DNA of 64,000 bases from an uncultured Holophagales bacterium (GCA_963842525.1 CAWJGT010000032.1:1-64000); one strand, 5' to 3'. Shown: positions 8,856 to 20,907, counted from the first letter of the stretch. Translations and numbers: made by a program. The notes: generated from the sequence alone by a model not told the origin.

Positions 8856-9051
8856 ATGAAAAGTGCCACTCAGACGACCATCGACGTTCACTGTCCAGGA
8901 AGGGAAGGTTGAGATCGAGCCCGTGCCACGCGAAGTCCGTATCGTCCAGAAGGGGCCCTTGCGGGTCGCCGTCCCTGCCGAGGAGGGACCATCGCTCACT
9001 GAGGCGACCGTGGAACGGGTGCGCCGAGAGATCCGCGAGCGCGAAGCGTGA
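8856..9051 (+). pseudogene. AbrB/MazE/VapB-type antitoxin remnant (internal deletion or frameshift)
   Basis: MKSATQTTID in one frame joins ..GKVEIEPVPREVRIVQKGPLRVAVPAEEGPSLTEATVERVRREIRE in another. The GRIVIPK core is missing. Confidence 0.6.
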
Positions 9052-9160
9052 CAGGGTTCCGCTCATCACAGTCCTCGATACCAGCGTTGTCGTCTCTGGC
9101 CTCCTCTCCTGGCATGAAACAGCACGAGCCGGCCTCGGATGCGGCCTCCAATCGCAGTAG
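9048..9160 (+). pseudogene. Truncated PIN-domain (VapC) toxin remnant
   Basis: ITVLDTSVVVSGLLSWHE, a typical PIN N-terminus, followed by an early stop. Confidence 0.6.
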
Positions 9161-9197
9161 GTCAAGCCGGCCGCCATTCCATAAGCTCTAGCCCACC

Positions 9198-9875
9198 ATG
9201 CCCATCGCCCTGATCGCGGATTCCCACCTCGGCGGTCCCGGCGGCTCTGCCGGACCGCTCGTCGAGCAGCTCGCGGCGCTGCCTTCGCAGGGATGCGAGC
9301 GGCTGATCCTGATGGGAGACCTCTTCCAGGCCTGGATCGGGGACCCCCGCTTTGAAACGCTGGACATCGTGGCGGTGGTCGACGCCCTGCGGGCGCTGCG
9401 CCGGGACGGCTTGCGGATCGACTACATCGAGGGGAACCGGGATTTCTACCTGGCGGACAGCCCCTATGCGGACGCGTTCGACCATGTGGGGACCGAGGTC
9501 GCCTTCCAGGCGGGAGGAATCCGGTATCTGGCCGTGCATGGCGATGGGCTGAACGACCGGGACTGGCAGTACCGGTTCTGGCGCCGGCTCTCGAAGAGCG
9601 CCCCGGTCGAATTCCTGGTGCGGCACATCCCGCGCCGGCTCGCCCACCGGATGGTGCATTCCACCGAGCAGCGCCTCTCACAGACCAACTTCAAGCACAA
9701 GGCCGCGCTGCCGGAGAAGCCCATCCGTCGCTACGCCGAGCGCCGCCTCGCCCAGGGGCACGACGTCCTCCTCCTCGGCCACTTCCACGAGCCGCGGGTC
9801 TGGCCGGTCCCTGGCGGCGAGGTGCGTCTCCTCGACGCCTGGTTCAAGACCCGGCAGGTGGAGTGGATCGGCTAA
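9198..9875 (+). CDS. lpxH: UDP-2,3-diacylglucosamine hydrolase (LpxH-like metallophosphoesterase)
   Basis: DSH, GDLF, GNRDF, HGD and GHFH motifs. Confidence 0.8.
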   Translation: MPIALIADSHLGGPGGSAGPLVEQLAALPSQGCERLILMGDLFQAWIGDPRFETLDIVAVVDALRALRRDGLRIDYIEGNRDFYLADSPYADAFDHVGTEVAFQAGGIRYLAVHGDGLNDRDWQYRFWRRLSKSAPVEFLVRHIPRRLAHRMVHSTEQRLSQTNFKHKAALPEKPIRRYAERRLAQGHDVLLLGHFHEPRVWPVPGGEVRLLDAWFKTRQVEWIG

Positions 9876-9886
9876 GATCCCGCCCC

Positions 9887-10654
9887 ATGTCGTTGCGCGT
9901 CACCATGCTCGGCAGCGGGACCTCGACGGGCGTGCCGGTGATCGGCTGCACGTGCCGGGTCTGCCGGTCGGACAACCCGCGCAACAAGCGGTGGCGGCCG
10001 GGGCTCAAGCTGGAGATCGGCCCGTCCGTGGTCCTCGTGGACACCCCGACGGACCTGCGCGAGCAGGCGCTCCGCTTCGGCCTCCCGCGGCTGGACGCGG
10101 TGCTCTATACGCACCCCCATGCCGATCACATCTTCGGGCTGGACGACATCCGGATCTTCAACTTCCGCCAGCGGACGACCATCCCCTGCTATGGCTCCGA
10201 GGAAACCTTGCAGGCGATCCGGCGCACCTTCGCTTATGTCTTCGCGCCGGCGCAGGAAGGGGGCGGCAAGCCGCAGATCGAGCTGAACCCGGTGCGCGAG
10301 CCGTTCGGCCTGCTCGGCCGGACCGTGGTCCCGGTGCCGGTCTGGCACGGCAGCATGGAGGTCTTCGGCTACCGGATCGGGAGCTTCGCCTATGTCACGG
10401 ACTGCAACCGGATCCCCGAGGAGAGCTTCCGGCTGCTCGAGGGGGTGGAGGTCCTGATCCTCGACGCGTTGCGCTTCCGGCCCCACTCGACGCACTTCTC
10501 GGTCCAGGAGGCCATGCAGGTCGCGGCGCGGATCGGCGCGGCGCGGACGATCCTCACCCACATGACCCACGAGGTCGATCACGACGCTCCGGAGGTGCCG
10601 CTGGCCCCGGGTGTGGAATTCGGCTATGACGGGCTCGCCTTCGACGTCCCCTGA
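9887..10654 (+). CDS. MBL-fold metallo-hydrolase (PhnP/YycJ-like)
   Basis: GSGTSTGVPVIGCTCRVC and THPHADHIFGLDD motifs. Confidence 0.9.
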   Translation: MSLRVTMLGSGTSTGVPVIGCTCRVCRSDNPRNKRWRPGLKLEIGPSVVLVDTPTDLREQALRFGLPRLDAVLYTHPHADHIFGLDDIRIFNFRQRTTIPCYGSEETLQAIRRTFAYVFAPAQEGGGKPQIELNPVREPFGLLGRTVVPVPVWHGSMEVFGYRIGSFAYVTDCNRIPEESFRLLEGVEVLILDALRFRPHSTHFSVQEAMQVAARIGAARTILTHMTHEVDHDAPEVPLAPGVEFGYDGLAFDVP

Positions 10655-11936
10655 GGCACGGGCGATCCCGAGCGGACGCCGCGCCGCGGGCCGGTTGCGG
10701 GTCCCGCCGTCCAAGAGCCAGACCCACCGGTGCTTCAACCTGGCGCTGCTGGCCGGCGCCCCCCTGACCGTCGCGCACCCGCTCGTCGCGGAGGATACCC
10801 GTCTCTTCCTGGAGGCCCTCCGGCGGTGCGGCTTCCGGGTGGAGGAGGGGCCTGGCCGGGTGCGCCTGGAGCCCGCGGGAGGGTCTGGATCGCAAGCGGA
10901 CGAGGTCGAGATCTTCTGTGGCAATGCCGGGACCATGCTGCGCTTCCTGGTGGCGACGCTGACGGTGATCCCCGGCCGGTGGCGGCTGGACGGCGTGCCC
11001 CGCCTGCGGGAGCGGCCGGTCCGGCCTCTGGTCGACGCCCTGCGCCGCCTCGGCGCCCGTATCGACTACCTGGGTGTGGATGGGTACGTCCCACTGAGGA
11101 TCGAGGGCGGGAGCCTGGAGGCCGGGACGACGACCCTCGACGCCGGGGAGTCGAGCCAGTACCTCTCCGCGCTGCTGATGGCGGCCCTCCGCGCTCCCGG
11201 GGAGGTGACCGTCGAGGCCGAAGCGTTGACCTCCCAGCCGTATATAGATGTCACTCTCGGCGCGATCGCCGCCTTCGGCGGGAAGGTCGAGCCGCTCGGG
11301 CCGCGGACCTGGCGGGTCCGGCCGTCCCGTCTCGGCGCCGCGGGGGTGATCGAGGTCGAAGGGGACTGGTCGGCGGCGGCCTACCCGGCCGCGGCGGCGG
11401 CTCTCACGGGTGGGGAGGTGGTGCTCGAGGGGCTCGCTCCCGACTCCCGGCAGGGGGACCGCGGCTTCCTGGACCTGCTCCGGGCGATGGGCGTGGAGGC
11501 CGGCTGGAGCGGCCGGGAGCTGACGGTGCGGGGCCGCGATCTGCGTAGCGTCGAGGCGGACCTCTCGTCCATGCCCGACCAGGTGCCGACCCTGGCCGCG
11601 CTGGCTCCTTTCGCTCAGGGGACAACGCGCATCTTCAACGTCGCCCACCTCCGGATCAAGGAGAGCGATCGGCTGGAGGCGATGGCGACCGGGTTGCGCC
11701 GGCTCGGCGCCGAGGTGGTCGAAGGGCCGGACTGGCTGCGCATCCCTGGCCTCTGGGCGGACCGGCAGGCGCCCAGGGAGGGAGAGATTCGCGTCGATCC
11801 CCGCGACGACCACCGCATCGCCATGAGCCTCGCGCTCGTGGGCCTGCGCCGCCCGGGCGTCGTCGTCACCTCGCCCGGGGTGGTGGCGAAGTCCTATCCA
11901 GGCTTCTGGGAAGACCTCGAGAAGCTGCTGGGGTGA
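10626..11936 (+). CDS. aroA: 3-phosphoshikimate 1-carboxyvinyltransferase (EPSP synthase)
   Basis: PPSKSQTHR, GNAGTMLR, SSQYLSALL, LRIKESDR and DDHRIAM motifs. Confidence 0.93.
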   Translation: MTGSPSTSPEARAIPSGRRAAGRLRVPPSKSQTHRCFNLALLAGAPLTVAHPLVAEDTRLFLEALRRCGFRVEEGPGRVRLEPAGGSGSQADEVEIFCGNAGTMLRFLVATLTVIPGRWRLDGVPRLRERPVRPLVDALRRLGARIDYLGVDGYVPLRIEGGSLEAGTTTLDAGESSQYLSALLMAALRAPGEVTVEAEALTSQPYIDVTLGAIAAFGGKVEPLGPRTWRVRPSRLGAAGVIEVEGDWSAAAYPAAAAALTGGEVVLEGLAPDSRQGDRGFLDLLRAMGVEAGWSGRELTVRGRDLRSVEADLSSMPDQVPTLAALAPFAQGTTRIFNVAHLRIKESDRLEAMATGLRRLGAEVVEGPDWLRIPGLWADRQAPREGEIRVDPRDDHRIAMSLALVGLRRPGVVVTSPGVVAKSYPGFWEDLEKLLG

Positions 11937-12001
11937 CGCTTCACGAGTCCTGAGAACATTTCCCTTCCCGGCGCGCCCGGTGTTCGGTTAGACTCCGCAT
12001 A

Positions 12002-15000
12002 ATGTCGCTCTTCGAGGCCGGGTCTTCGGTGCGGAGCACCGCGCGTGTCGTGGCATTGGTCCATCCGTGCCTGGAGCCCCTGCCGCACGCCGTCCCTCTC
12101 GCCAGCGCCCGGCTCAAGAACCGGCAGAGGTTGGGTGTCGTGCTCCAGGCCGCGGGCCTCCTCGCGCTGCTCGAGCGGGCCGGGTGGCGGGTGATGGACT
12201 GGAACGCCGCGCTGGTGGACAACCGCGGCCGGCTCACGCTCGCCGAGGGTGGGATCGAGCCGGGGCGGGGGCCCTGGCTCCCGCAGGAGGTGCTGCGGGA
12301 CGTCCTGGCGCGGCTTTTCGTGCGGGGTTGGGAGAGCGGGCTTCCAGGGCGCGGCGACGCGCGACGGGCCACCCGCGCGCTGCGCGCGAGCTGGAGCCAG
12401 TCGCTCGCTCCCATCTCCCTGGACGAGGCCGTGGCGCGGGTGCTCGAGAAGGCGGCCTTCCTCTGGGAGCCGGCCTTCGCCGCGGTCCGGACCGCTCTCG
12501 CCGGGGAGATCCGCTTGGCGGAAGGTGGCGGGGAGCGCGTCCGGCTCTGCGTGGCCGGTCCTGGGCCGTTCCGTCGCCGTATGCTCGCGCAGTGCCGGAC
12601 CCTGGAGGAGCTGCAGGCGCGGCTCGCCGCTCCAGAGGCGCGGGAGGACTGGGATGCGGCGGAGCAGCAGGGAGAGCCGCGGGACCTGGCCCGGGCGCGG
12701 CGTTGGCGGGCTGCGGTCCAGGCCTGGGCGCGCAAGCCGCCGCGGTCCGACGAGGAGCGGGTCGAGCTGGCCGGAGCGCTGGCGGCGCTCGGCCGGTTCA
12801 CGGCGGCTCTCGCAGAGCTCTCGGGCCTCCGGACGACGACCGAGGCCCGGGTCCTGCGGGCCGGCTGCCAGCTCCAGATGGGGCAGCTCGCTAGCGTCCG
12901 GGCGGCCCTGCTGAAGCTGGAGGACGTCTGGCTTCCCACCGAGCAGGCCGTCGTCGTCGCCGAGATCGCTCCGCGCATGTTCGCCAGCCTGGGCGAGACG
13001 GAGCTGTCCGAGCGCTGGGTCCGCCGGGCTCTCACGGCCACCGCGGACGGGCCACCGGTCCTCGCTCTGCGAGCCCGGCTCGCCGCTGCCATGGCCGCCT
13101 GGGACCGTGGCGACTCCGCGGCCATGGACCTCCAGTTGGCGCAAGCCCGGGCGGCGGTCGATCACCGGGAGGTCGCCTGGCTCTTCCACCAGGCCTGCGC
13201 GCTCCGCGAGGAGGACGGCCCCCGGGCGGCCGCCCACGCGACCCGGGCGCTCGGAGTCAGCCGCCGCTTCCTGACCCGCCATCAGGCTGGGGGTCTCTGG
13301 AACGATCTCGGGCTGGCGCGGGCCCGGGCCGGCGACCTGGCAGGAGCCGAGCGGGCCTTCGTCCATGCCGCCCGGCTCCTGGGGGGCTGCGACGGGCCTC
13401 GCAAGACGACTCTCGCCCTCTTCAATCTGGCCGAGATCCGGCTCCGGCGCGGCCGGCTCCTCGGCGTGCGGGAGATCCTGGAGCGCTCCACGGCGGAGAA
13501 CCGGTTGTCCCGCAACCTGCGCGGCCAGGTCCAGGACAGCGAGCTGTGGATCCGTCTGGAGCTGGTCCTGGGCCGGCCCGAGGCGGCCCTCTCCCTCTGC
13601 CGTGACACCCTGCGCCGGAAGCTGAAGTGGCGCCGGGAGGAGCTCCATCTCCTGGCCGCTCGCGCCCTGGGTTGGCTGGGGAGGCCCCGCGAGGCGTTCG
13701 CCGCGCTGGCGCGGAGCTTGCCCGGAGCCCTGCTGGAGCTCGAGCCGGAGGAGCGGCCCGCGGTCTTCGCCCAGGCGGGCGACCTCGCCGCGGCCCGGCG
13801 TCAGGTCGAAGCGCTGCCTGAGCCCGGCCTGCGGGAGCTCTGGGGCGCGGTGCTCTCCGGCCGCATCCCGACGGCATCTCAGTGGATGGCTCTGGGCCCG
13901 CTCGAGCCCTACCGGGCAGCCCGCCTGGTTTTCGACGCCGAGAAGATCGCGGCGGGAGCGGCACCGTCCGACGTCCTGCGGTCTGCGGTCGCTACGTTGC
14001 GGGCCGTGGGAGCCGGCTCCCTGGCGGAGGTCCTCGAAACGCGCGATCGGGGACCCTGGCATGCCCTCACGGCCTACCTGCAAGGACCGGGCGGACCCGA
14101 AGCCATCTCTGCCGTGTTCGCCGCGGCAGGCTGCCCGGAGGCGGAGGTCCTCCGCGAGCAGGAGGGGCAGGAGGGGGACGTCCGGCGGCTGGTGGCAGGG
14201 GAGGGAGGAGGCCGGGAGATCTCGCTTCCGGTGCCCGGGGAGCCCGGCGCGTGCCTCATCCTGCGCGCCCGTGAGGTCGCGGGGGCCCCGGCGGCGCTGC
14301 TTGCCCTGCTTGCCTGGGAAGCCGCGCGGCCCTCCGAGGGACCGGATCCGCTGCCGGAGGCCGATCCTGTCGTCGAGAATGTGTCTCGTGAGACGGGTCC
14401 CGGCGACATGGTGGGGGAGAGCGCCGCGCTGCGGACCGCACTGGCCCGGCTGGACCGTCTGGCAGCCGGCGATGTTCCCGTCCTGGTGCTTGGCGAGAGC
14501 GGTACCGGCAAGGAGCTTGCGGCCCGCCGGCTCCACCAGGCCAGCCCGCGCTCCCGCGCCCCGTTCGTGGCTGTCAATTGCGCGGCCCTCTCGGAGACGC
14601 TGATTCTTTCCGATCTTTTCGGGCACTCGCGCGGAGCCTTCACCGGCGCGGACCGGGAGCGCGCCGGTGTCTTCGAGACCGCGCAGGGAGGGACGGTCTT
14701 CCTGGACGAGATCGGAGATCTCCCCCTGGTCGCCCAGGGGTTGCTGCTGCGCGTGCTGCAGGAGGGCGAGGTGCGCCGGCTCGGGGAGAGCCTGTCCAAG
14801 AAGGTGAACGTGCGGGTCCTCGCGGCCACGCACCGCGACCTCGACGCCATGGTCGCGGCCGGGACGTTCCGCCAGGACCTCTATTTTCGTTTGAAGGTGG
14901 GGCGTGTCGAGCTGCCGCCTCTGCGCGATCGCGGCGAGGATGTGCTGCGGTTGGCCGATGCGTTCCTCTCCCGTCTGCGGCGTGCGGGGCTCCGGCTGTC

Positions 15001-15304
15001 GCGCGAGGCGCGCGCCCGGCTGTTCGCCCATGCCTGGCCGGGCAACGTGCGCGAGCTTCAGAACGTGTTGAGCATGGCCGCCGCTCTCACCGAAGACGGT
15101 GTGATCGGGCCCGAGCACCTGGAACTGCCGCACGCCGAGCCTGCTCCCCAGGGCTCCTACCACGAGCAGGTGGAAGCCTTCCGGCGCCGTCTGATCGAAA
15201 GCACGCTGGCGGCCTGCGGTGGCAACATGTCCGAAAGCGCGCGGCGCCTCGGGCTGTCGCGGCAGTCTTTTGCGTATCTCGCCCGCCAATACGCGCTGCG
15301 CTGA
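12002..15304 (+). CDS. Sigma-54-dependent activator (bEBP) with a large N-terminal TPR-like region and Fis HTH
   Basis: GESGTGKE, GAFTGA, FLDEIG, FRQDLYFRL and WPGNVREL motifs, C-terminal HTH. Confidence 0.88.
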   Translation: MSLFEAGSSVRSTARVVALVHPCLEPLPHAVPLASARLKNRQRLGVVLQAAGLLALLERAGWRVMDWNAALVDNRGRLTLAEGGIEPGRGPWLPQEVLRDVLARLFVRGWESGLPGRGDARRATRALRASWSQSLAPISLDEAVARVLEKAAFLWEPAFAAVRTALAGEIRLAEGGGERVRLCVAGPGPFRRRMLAQCRTLEELQARLAAPEAREDWDAAEQQGEPRDLARARRWRAAVQAWARKPPRSDEERVELAGALAALGRFTAALAELSGLRTTTEARVLRAGCQLQMGQLASVRAALLKLEDVWLPTEQAVVVAEIAPRMFASLGETELSERWVRRALTATADGPPVLALRARLAAAMAAWDRGDSAAMDLQLAQARAAVDHREVAWLFHQACALREEDGPRAAAHATRALGVSRRFLTRHQAGGLWNDLGLARARAGDLAGAERAFVHAARLLGGCDGPRKTTLALFNLAEIRLRRGRLLGVREILERSTAENRLSRNLRGQVQDSELWIRLELVLGRPEAALSLCRDTLRRKLKWRREELHLLAARALGWLGRPREAFAALARSLPGALLELEPEERPAVFAQAGDLAAARRQVEALPEPGLRELWGAVLSGRIPTASQWMALGPLEPYRAARLVFDAEKIAAGAAPSDVLRSAVATLRAVGAGSLAEVLETRDRGPWHALTAYLQGPGGPEAISAVFAAAGCPEAEVLREQEGQEGDVRRLVAGEGGGREISLPVPGEPGACLILRAREVAGAPAALLALLAWEAARPSEGPDPLPEADPVVENVSRETGPGDMVGESAALRTALARLDRLAAGDVPVLVLGESGTGKELAARRLHQASPRSRAPFVAVNCAALSETLILSDLFGHSRGAFTGADRERAGVFETAQGGTVFLDEIGDLPLVAQGLLLRVLQEGEVRRLGESLSKKVNVRVLAATHRDLDAMVAAGTFRQDLYFRLKVGRVELPPLRDRGEDVLRLADAFLSRLRRAGLRLSREARARLFAHAWPGNVRELQNVLSMAAALTEDGVIGPEHLELPHAEPAPQGSYHEQVEAFRRRLIESTLAACGGNMSESARRLGLSRQSFAYLARQYALR

Positions 15305-15342
15305 TCGAAATCGATCCCCAATTGATCCCCAATTGACTCCCC

Positions 15343-15852
15343 TTAGGGGGCGCGATCCGCGGGCAGCGGTGTGAAGCTTTCGCGCATGCAGGGCCGCAGG
15401 ATCTCGGCGATCCGTTCCAGTCCTTCGCGATCGGCATCCGTGAAGGCCGCCGCCTCGCGTGAGTCGAGATCGAGCACCGCGATCAATGCGCCGTCAGGAT
15501 TGAAGATCGGAACCACGATCTCGGAACGTGCCGCGGAGTCGCAGGCGATGTGGCCGGGAAACGCGTGGACGTCAGGCACCAACTGCGTTCTCCGTTCGCG
15601 CGCCGCGGCGCCGCAGACACCGCGATCGAATGGAATCTCCAGGCAGCCGAGAGGGCCCTGGTACGGTCCGACGCGCAGCAGCCCTGGCGCGACGACCCGA
15701 TAGAAACCTGCCCAGCTCACGCCGGGAAGACGGCGATGCAGAAGGCAGGCGCAGCTTGCCATGGCGGCGATCGGATCTTCCAGGCCTTGCACCACCGAGC
15801 CGATCTCCAGCGAGACTTCGCGATAAAGCTCTTGTTTTTGCCGGTCGTCCAT
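15343..15852 (-). CDS. msrC: GAF-domain free methionine-(R)-sulfoxide reductase
   Basis: WAGFY, GPYQG..GC, GVCG, HIACD..ARSEIVVP and LDLDS motifs. Confidence 0.8.
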   Translation of the reverse strand: MDDRQKQELYREVSLEIGSVVQGLEDPIAAMASCACLLHRRLPGVSWAGFYRVVAPGLLRVGPYQGPLGCLEIPFDRGVCGAAARERRTQLVPDVHAFPGHIACDSAARSEIVVPIFNPDGALIAVLDLDSREAAAFTDADREGLERIAEILRPCMRESFTPLPADRAP

Positions 15853-15914
15853 GCTCCGGCATTCTATGCGAACGGCAAAATGAAAGCCCGCGTGCCGCGC
15901 CATCTCGACGTTTC

Positions 15915-15930
15915 TGGTACGGTTTCTGCT
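15915..15930 (+). promoter_or_regulatory. Putative sigma-54 (-24/-12) promoter
   Basis: TGGTAC-GGTTT-CTGCT has the exact GG-N10-GC spacing of TGGCAC-N5-TTGCW. Confidence 0.45.
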
Positions 15931-15938
15931 CCGAGCTA

Positions 15939-15967
15939 TTGACTTGCGGCCCCGGTCCTTTGATAAT
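15939..15967 (+). promoter_or_regulatory. Putative sigma-70 promoter
   Basis: TTGACT-N17-GATAAT, 75 bp upstream of the ATG at 16042. Confidence 0.55.
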
Positions 15968-16041
15968 CGACTCGGTTGTTCAGGGGAGAGAACCCCAATT
16001 GTCTAACCTTTCCATGTACATAACCAGGAGGCGAGGAACAC

Positions 16042-16893
16042 ATGTCGGAACCCGAGGCGACGCAAGGAAAGCTCTATACCCTCTCTGAGATCTCACAGAA
16101 GACCGGCATCTCGATGCCGACTCTCCAGCGTTACAAGAAGCTTTACCAGAATCGGATCCCCTCGTCAGGCAGCGGGCGCAAGCAGCGCTATCCCGACAAC
16201 GCTCTGCCCGTGTTCGAGGAGCTCCGCAACGAGAACCTGGGGCGGCGCGGCCGTCCACGCAAGGATCCGAATGCGCCGCGGCCGGCGGCTGCTGCGCGGG
16301 GCCGGGCTGCCAAGGCCACGGCGGGTGCCAAGCGCGGCCGCAAGGCAGGCTCGGCGCGTCCCGCACCGGCGGCCGCGGCAAAGACGCCGGGCAGGCGCGG
16401 TCGCAAACCGGCTGCTGCCGCGGCCGGTGCGCGCGGCGGCTCCGGAAACCTGATGACGCTGACCCAGATCAGCGAGGACACCGGGATTTCGTATCCGACG
16501 CTCGTGCGCTACGTCCGTCTTCACAGCGACAAGCTACCGAGCGAAGGCAAGGGCCGCGCGCGGCGTTTCTATCCGCAGGCCGCGGATGTCTTCCGCCAGC
16601 TCCGTCAGGAGAGCGGACGTGGTGGTCGCAAGCCCGGAAAAAAGGTCGGCCGTCCCCCTGGCCGTCCCCCCGGTCGTCCCTCCGGTCGTCCCTCCGGTCG
16701 TCCCCCCGGCCGTCCGGCGGCGGCCGCCCCGGCCGCAGCTCCCGCCCGCCGCGGTCGTCCCCCCGGCTCGGGTGCCAAGCGTGGCGAGGAGGGCGCTTTC
16801 CAGAAGCGTTTGCGCGCACTGGAGAGGTCGCAGGAAGGCCTGGAGAAGAGATTCAAGGGATTCGTGCAGAGCCTGCAGAAGCTCTTCCGCTAG
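16042..16893 (+). CDS. Basic DNA-binding protein: two MerR-like HTH modules, AT-hook/GRP repeats and a C-terminal coiled coil
   Basis: Duplicated module (YTLSEISQKTGISMPTLQRYKK / MTLTQISEDTGISYPTLVRYVR), RRGRPRK, and GRPPGRPPGRPSGRPSGRPPGRP. AGGAGG/GAGGA RBS. Confidence 0.82.
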   Translation: MSEPEATQGKLYTLSEISQKTGISMPTLQRYKKLYQNRIPSSGSGRKQRYPDNALPVFEELRNENLGRRGRPRKDPNAPRPAAAARGRAAKATAGAKRGRKAGSARPAPAAAAKTPGRRGRKPAAAAAGARGGSGNLMTLTQISEDTGISYPTLVRYVRLHSDKLPSEGKGRARRFYPQAADVFRQLRQESGRGGRKPGKKVGRPPGRPPGRPSGRPSGRPPGRPAAAAPAAAPARRGRPPGSGAKRGEEGAFQKRLRALERSQEGLEKRFKGFVQSLQKLFR

Positions 16894-16909
16894 ACTGGAA
16901 AGGCACGCT

Positions 16910-17959
16910 TCACCGCGTGCGTTTCCTGGCGCCCCGGCCCCGGCGGGCCGGGGTTTCTTTTTGTTCCAGTTGCTCCAGATGATCCCATCCGAGGTCCGGC
17001 AGCGGCCTCGTCACGCCGCCCAGCCGCAGCCGGATCTCTCGTGATTCCGTGATCCGCCCGATGCGCCGGCAACCGAAGCCCTCCGGCGGAGAAACGCCTG
17101 CAGGCAATGTGAAGAGGAGAACGTAGTCTTCTCCGCCGCCCAGCACTAGATCGAGCGGATCGCTCTCGATCCGTGCGCAGAGCACGGCGAAGCGAGGGGC
17201 GAGCGGCAGGTCGCTCGCGACGACTTCCGCGCCGGCTTTGCTCTCGCGGCAGAGCCGGTGGAGGTCGCGGGCCAGCCCGTCGGAAATATCCATCGCCGCC
17301 CCTTCCGCCCCCTCCGCTTCTTCCGATTGTTGACCGAGCCATCGTCCGAGCTCCAGTTGCGGAGTGGGGAACAGGTGGCGGCGCACCGCGCGGCGGGCGG
17401 CGGCAGCGATCGAAGAGTTTTCTTCGCAAGCCGCCGGCAGGACGATCCTCGCGCCGCGCCAGCGCGCTCCGCGTTCGATCAGCAGGCGGCCGGCCGCCGA
17501 TTCTCCAAGCGTCCCTCCCACCCAGAGATCGTGCCCCGGGGCCGCTCCGGACCGGTGCAGCCATCGGCCCCCTTCCGGTCGGGTCCCGAGCAGCGTCAGG
17601 GTCGCGGTTGTTTGCGGGCTGCGCGCCAGGTCGCCGCCGGCGAGCCGCAGACCGTGGCGGCGGCAGGCGTCGAGGAGCGCACGGAAGAATCGCTCATGAT
17701 CGAAACCGGGAGGCGTCGAGAGGGCGAGAAAGGCGTAGGCCGGGACTGCTCCCGTCGCGGCCAGATCGGAGAGGTTGACGGCCAGCAGGCGGCGCGCGAG
17801 GAGAGCGGGATCGAGGTCCGGCACGAAGTGCACGCCTGAGATCTGGCTGTCGACGGTCACCGCGACGGGACCCATCGCGGGGAGCACGGCGGCATCGTCG
17901 CCGATCAGGTCGTGATCGATCTCCGCGCGGAGCCAGCGGAGCAGCCGGTCCTCGCCCAT
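16910..17959 (-). CDS. thiL: Thiamine-monophosphate kinase
   Basis: IGDDAAV, NLSDLAATGA, GGD, MDISDGL and GGEDY motifs. Confidence 0.92.
   Translation of the reverse strand: MGEDRLLRWLRAEIDHDLIGDDAAVLPAMGPVAVTVDSQISGVHFVPDLDPALLARRLLAVNLSDLAATGAVPAYAFLALSTPPGFDHERFFRALLDACRRHGLRLAGGDLARSPQTTATLTLLGTRPEGGRWLHRSGAAPGHDLWVGGTLGESAAGRLLIERGARWRGARIVLPAACEENSSIAAAARRAVRRHLFPTPQLELGRWLGQQSEEAEGAEGAAMDISDGLARDLHRLCRESKAGAEVVASDLPLAPRFAVLCARIESDPLDLVLGGGEDYVLLFTLPAGVSPPEGFGCRRIGRITESREIRLRLGGVTRPLPDLGWDHLEQLEQKETPARRGRGARKRTR
16932..16962 (+). terminator. Intrinsic terminator
   Basis: CCCCGGCCC-CGGC-GGGCCGGGG followed by TTTCTTTTT. Overlaps the thiL 3' end on the other strand. Confidence 0.75.
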
Positions 17960-17977
17960 CCGGGTCTACCTGATCGA

Positions 17978-20415
<2,438 letters not shown>

Positions 20416-20419
<4 letters not shown>

Positions 20420-20907
20420 ACCCCGACCCCCTCGGAAGCCCCCTCGGAAGAAGTTTCAGGCTCCTCGATATGCAATCGACGGGCCTCTTGCCGTTTGTCC
20501 TGGATCTTCGGGAATTCGATCGTCAGCAACCCGTCGACCAGCCGGGCGCTCCCCTTGTGAGTGTTCGCCGGAGAAAAGAGCTGGATCTCACGGCTGAAGC
20601 GGCCATGGCCCCGCTCCATGCAGTGGAACTTGATGCGCTGGGCGCCGGGCAGCGGCGTCGACTTGGTGCCGGACAGGGTGATGGAGGTGCCGCGCACCTC
20701 GATCGTGAGGTCGGCGGCCTGGAAGCCGGGCACCTCGACGAGGATCAGGATCGACGAGGGGGTCTCGACGACGTCGACGTTGGGGTGCCACTCGCCCATG
20801 GGCAGGGAGCCGTCGCCCATCTGCATCGCCTCCTGGAAGAGGCGGTCGAGCTCAGCCTGGAAACGGGAGAGGAGGAAAACCGGGGCATATCTCGCGGCCA
20901 TGGTCAT
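20416..20907 (-). CDS. Hsp20/alpha-crystallin small heat-shock protein
   Basis: PNVDVVET, ERGHGRFSREI and DGLLTIEFPK motifs; directly upstream of lon. Confidence 0.88.

Noticed and set aside
7745-8859. Overlapping ORFs of 244-283 aa across the repeat array
   Set aside because: They are open only because the repeat lacks stop codons. No frame has a convincing start or protein signature.
11894-15289. 1131-aa antisense ORF (likewise 17912-20560, 26505-28436, 28367-31282, 41275-43401, 44860-47475)
   Set aside because: Shadow ORFs opposite well-supported genes, as expected from high-GC codon bias. They contain no recognisable motifs.
15303-15340. Short direct repeat GATCCCCAATT x2 between convergent genes
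   Set aside because: Too short to assign a function and not a clear terminator.
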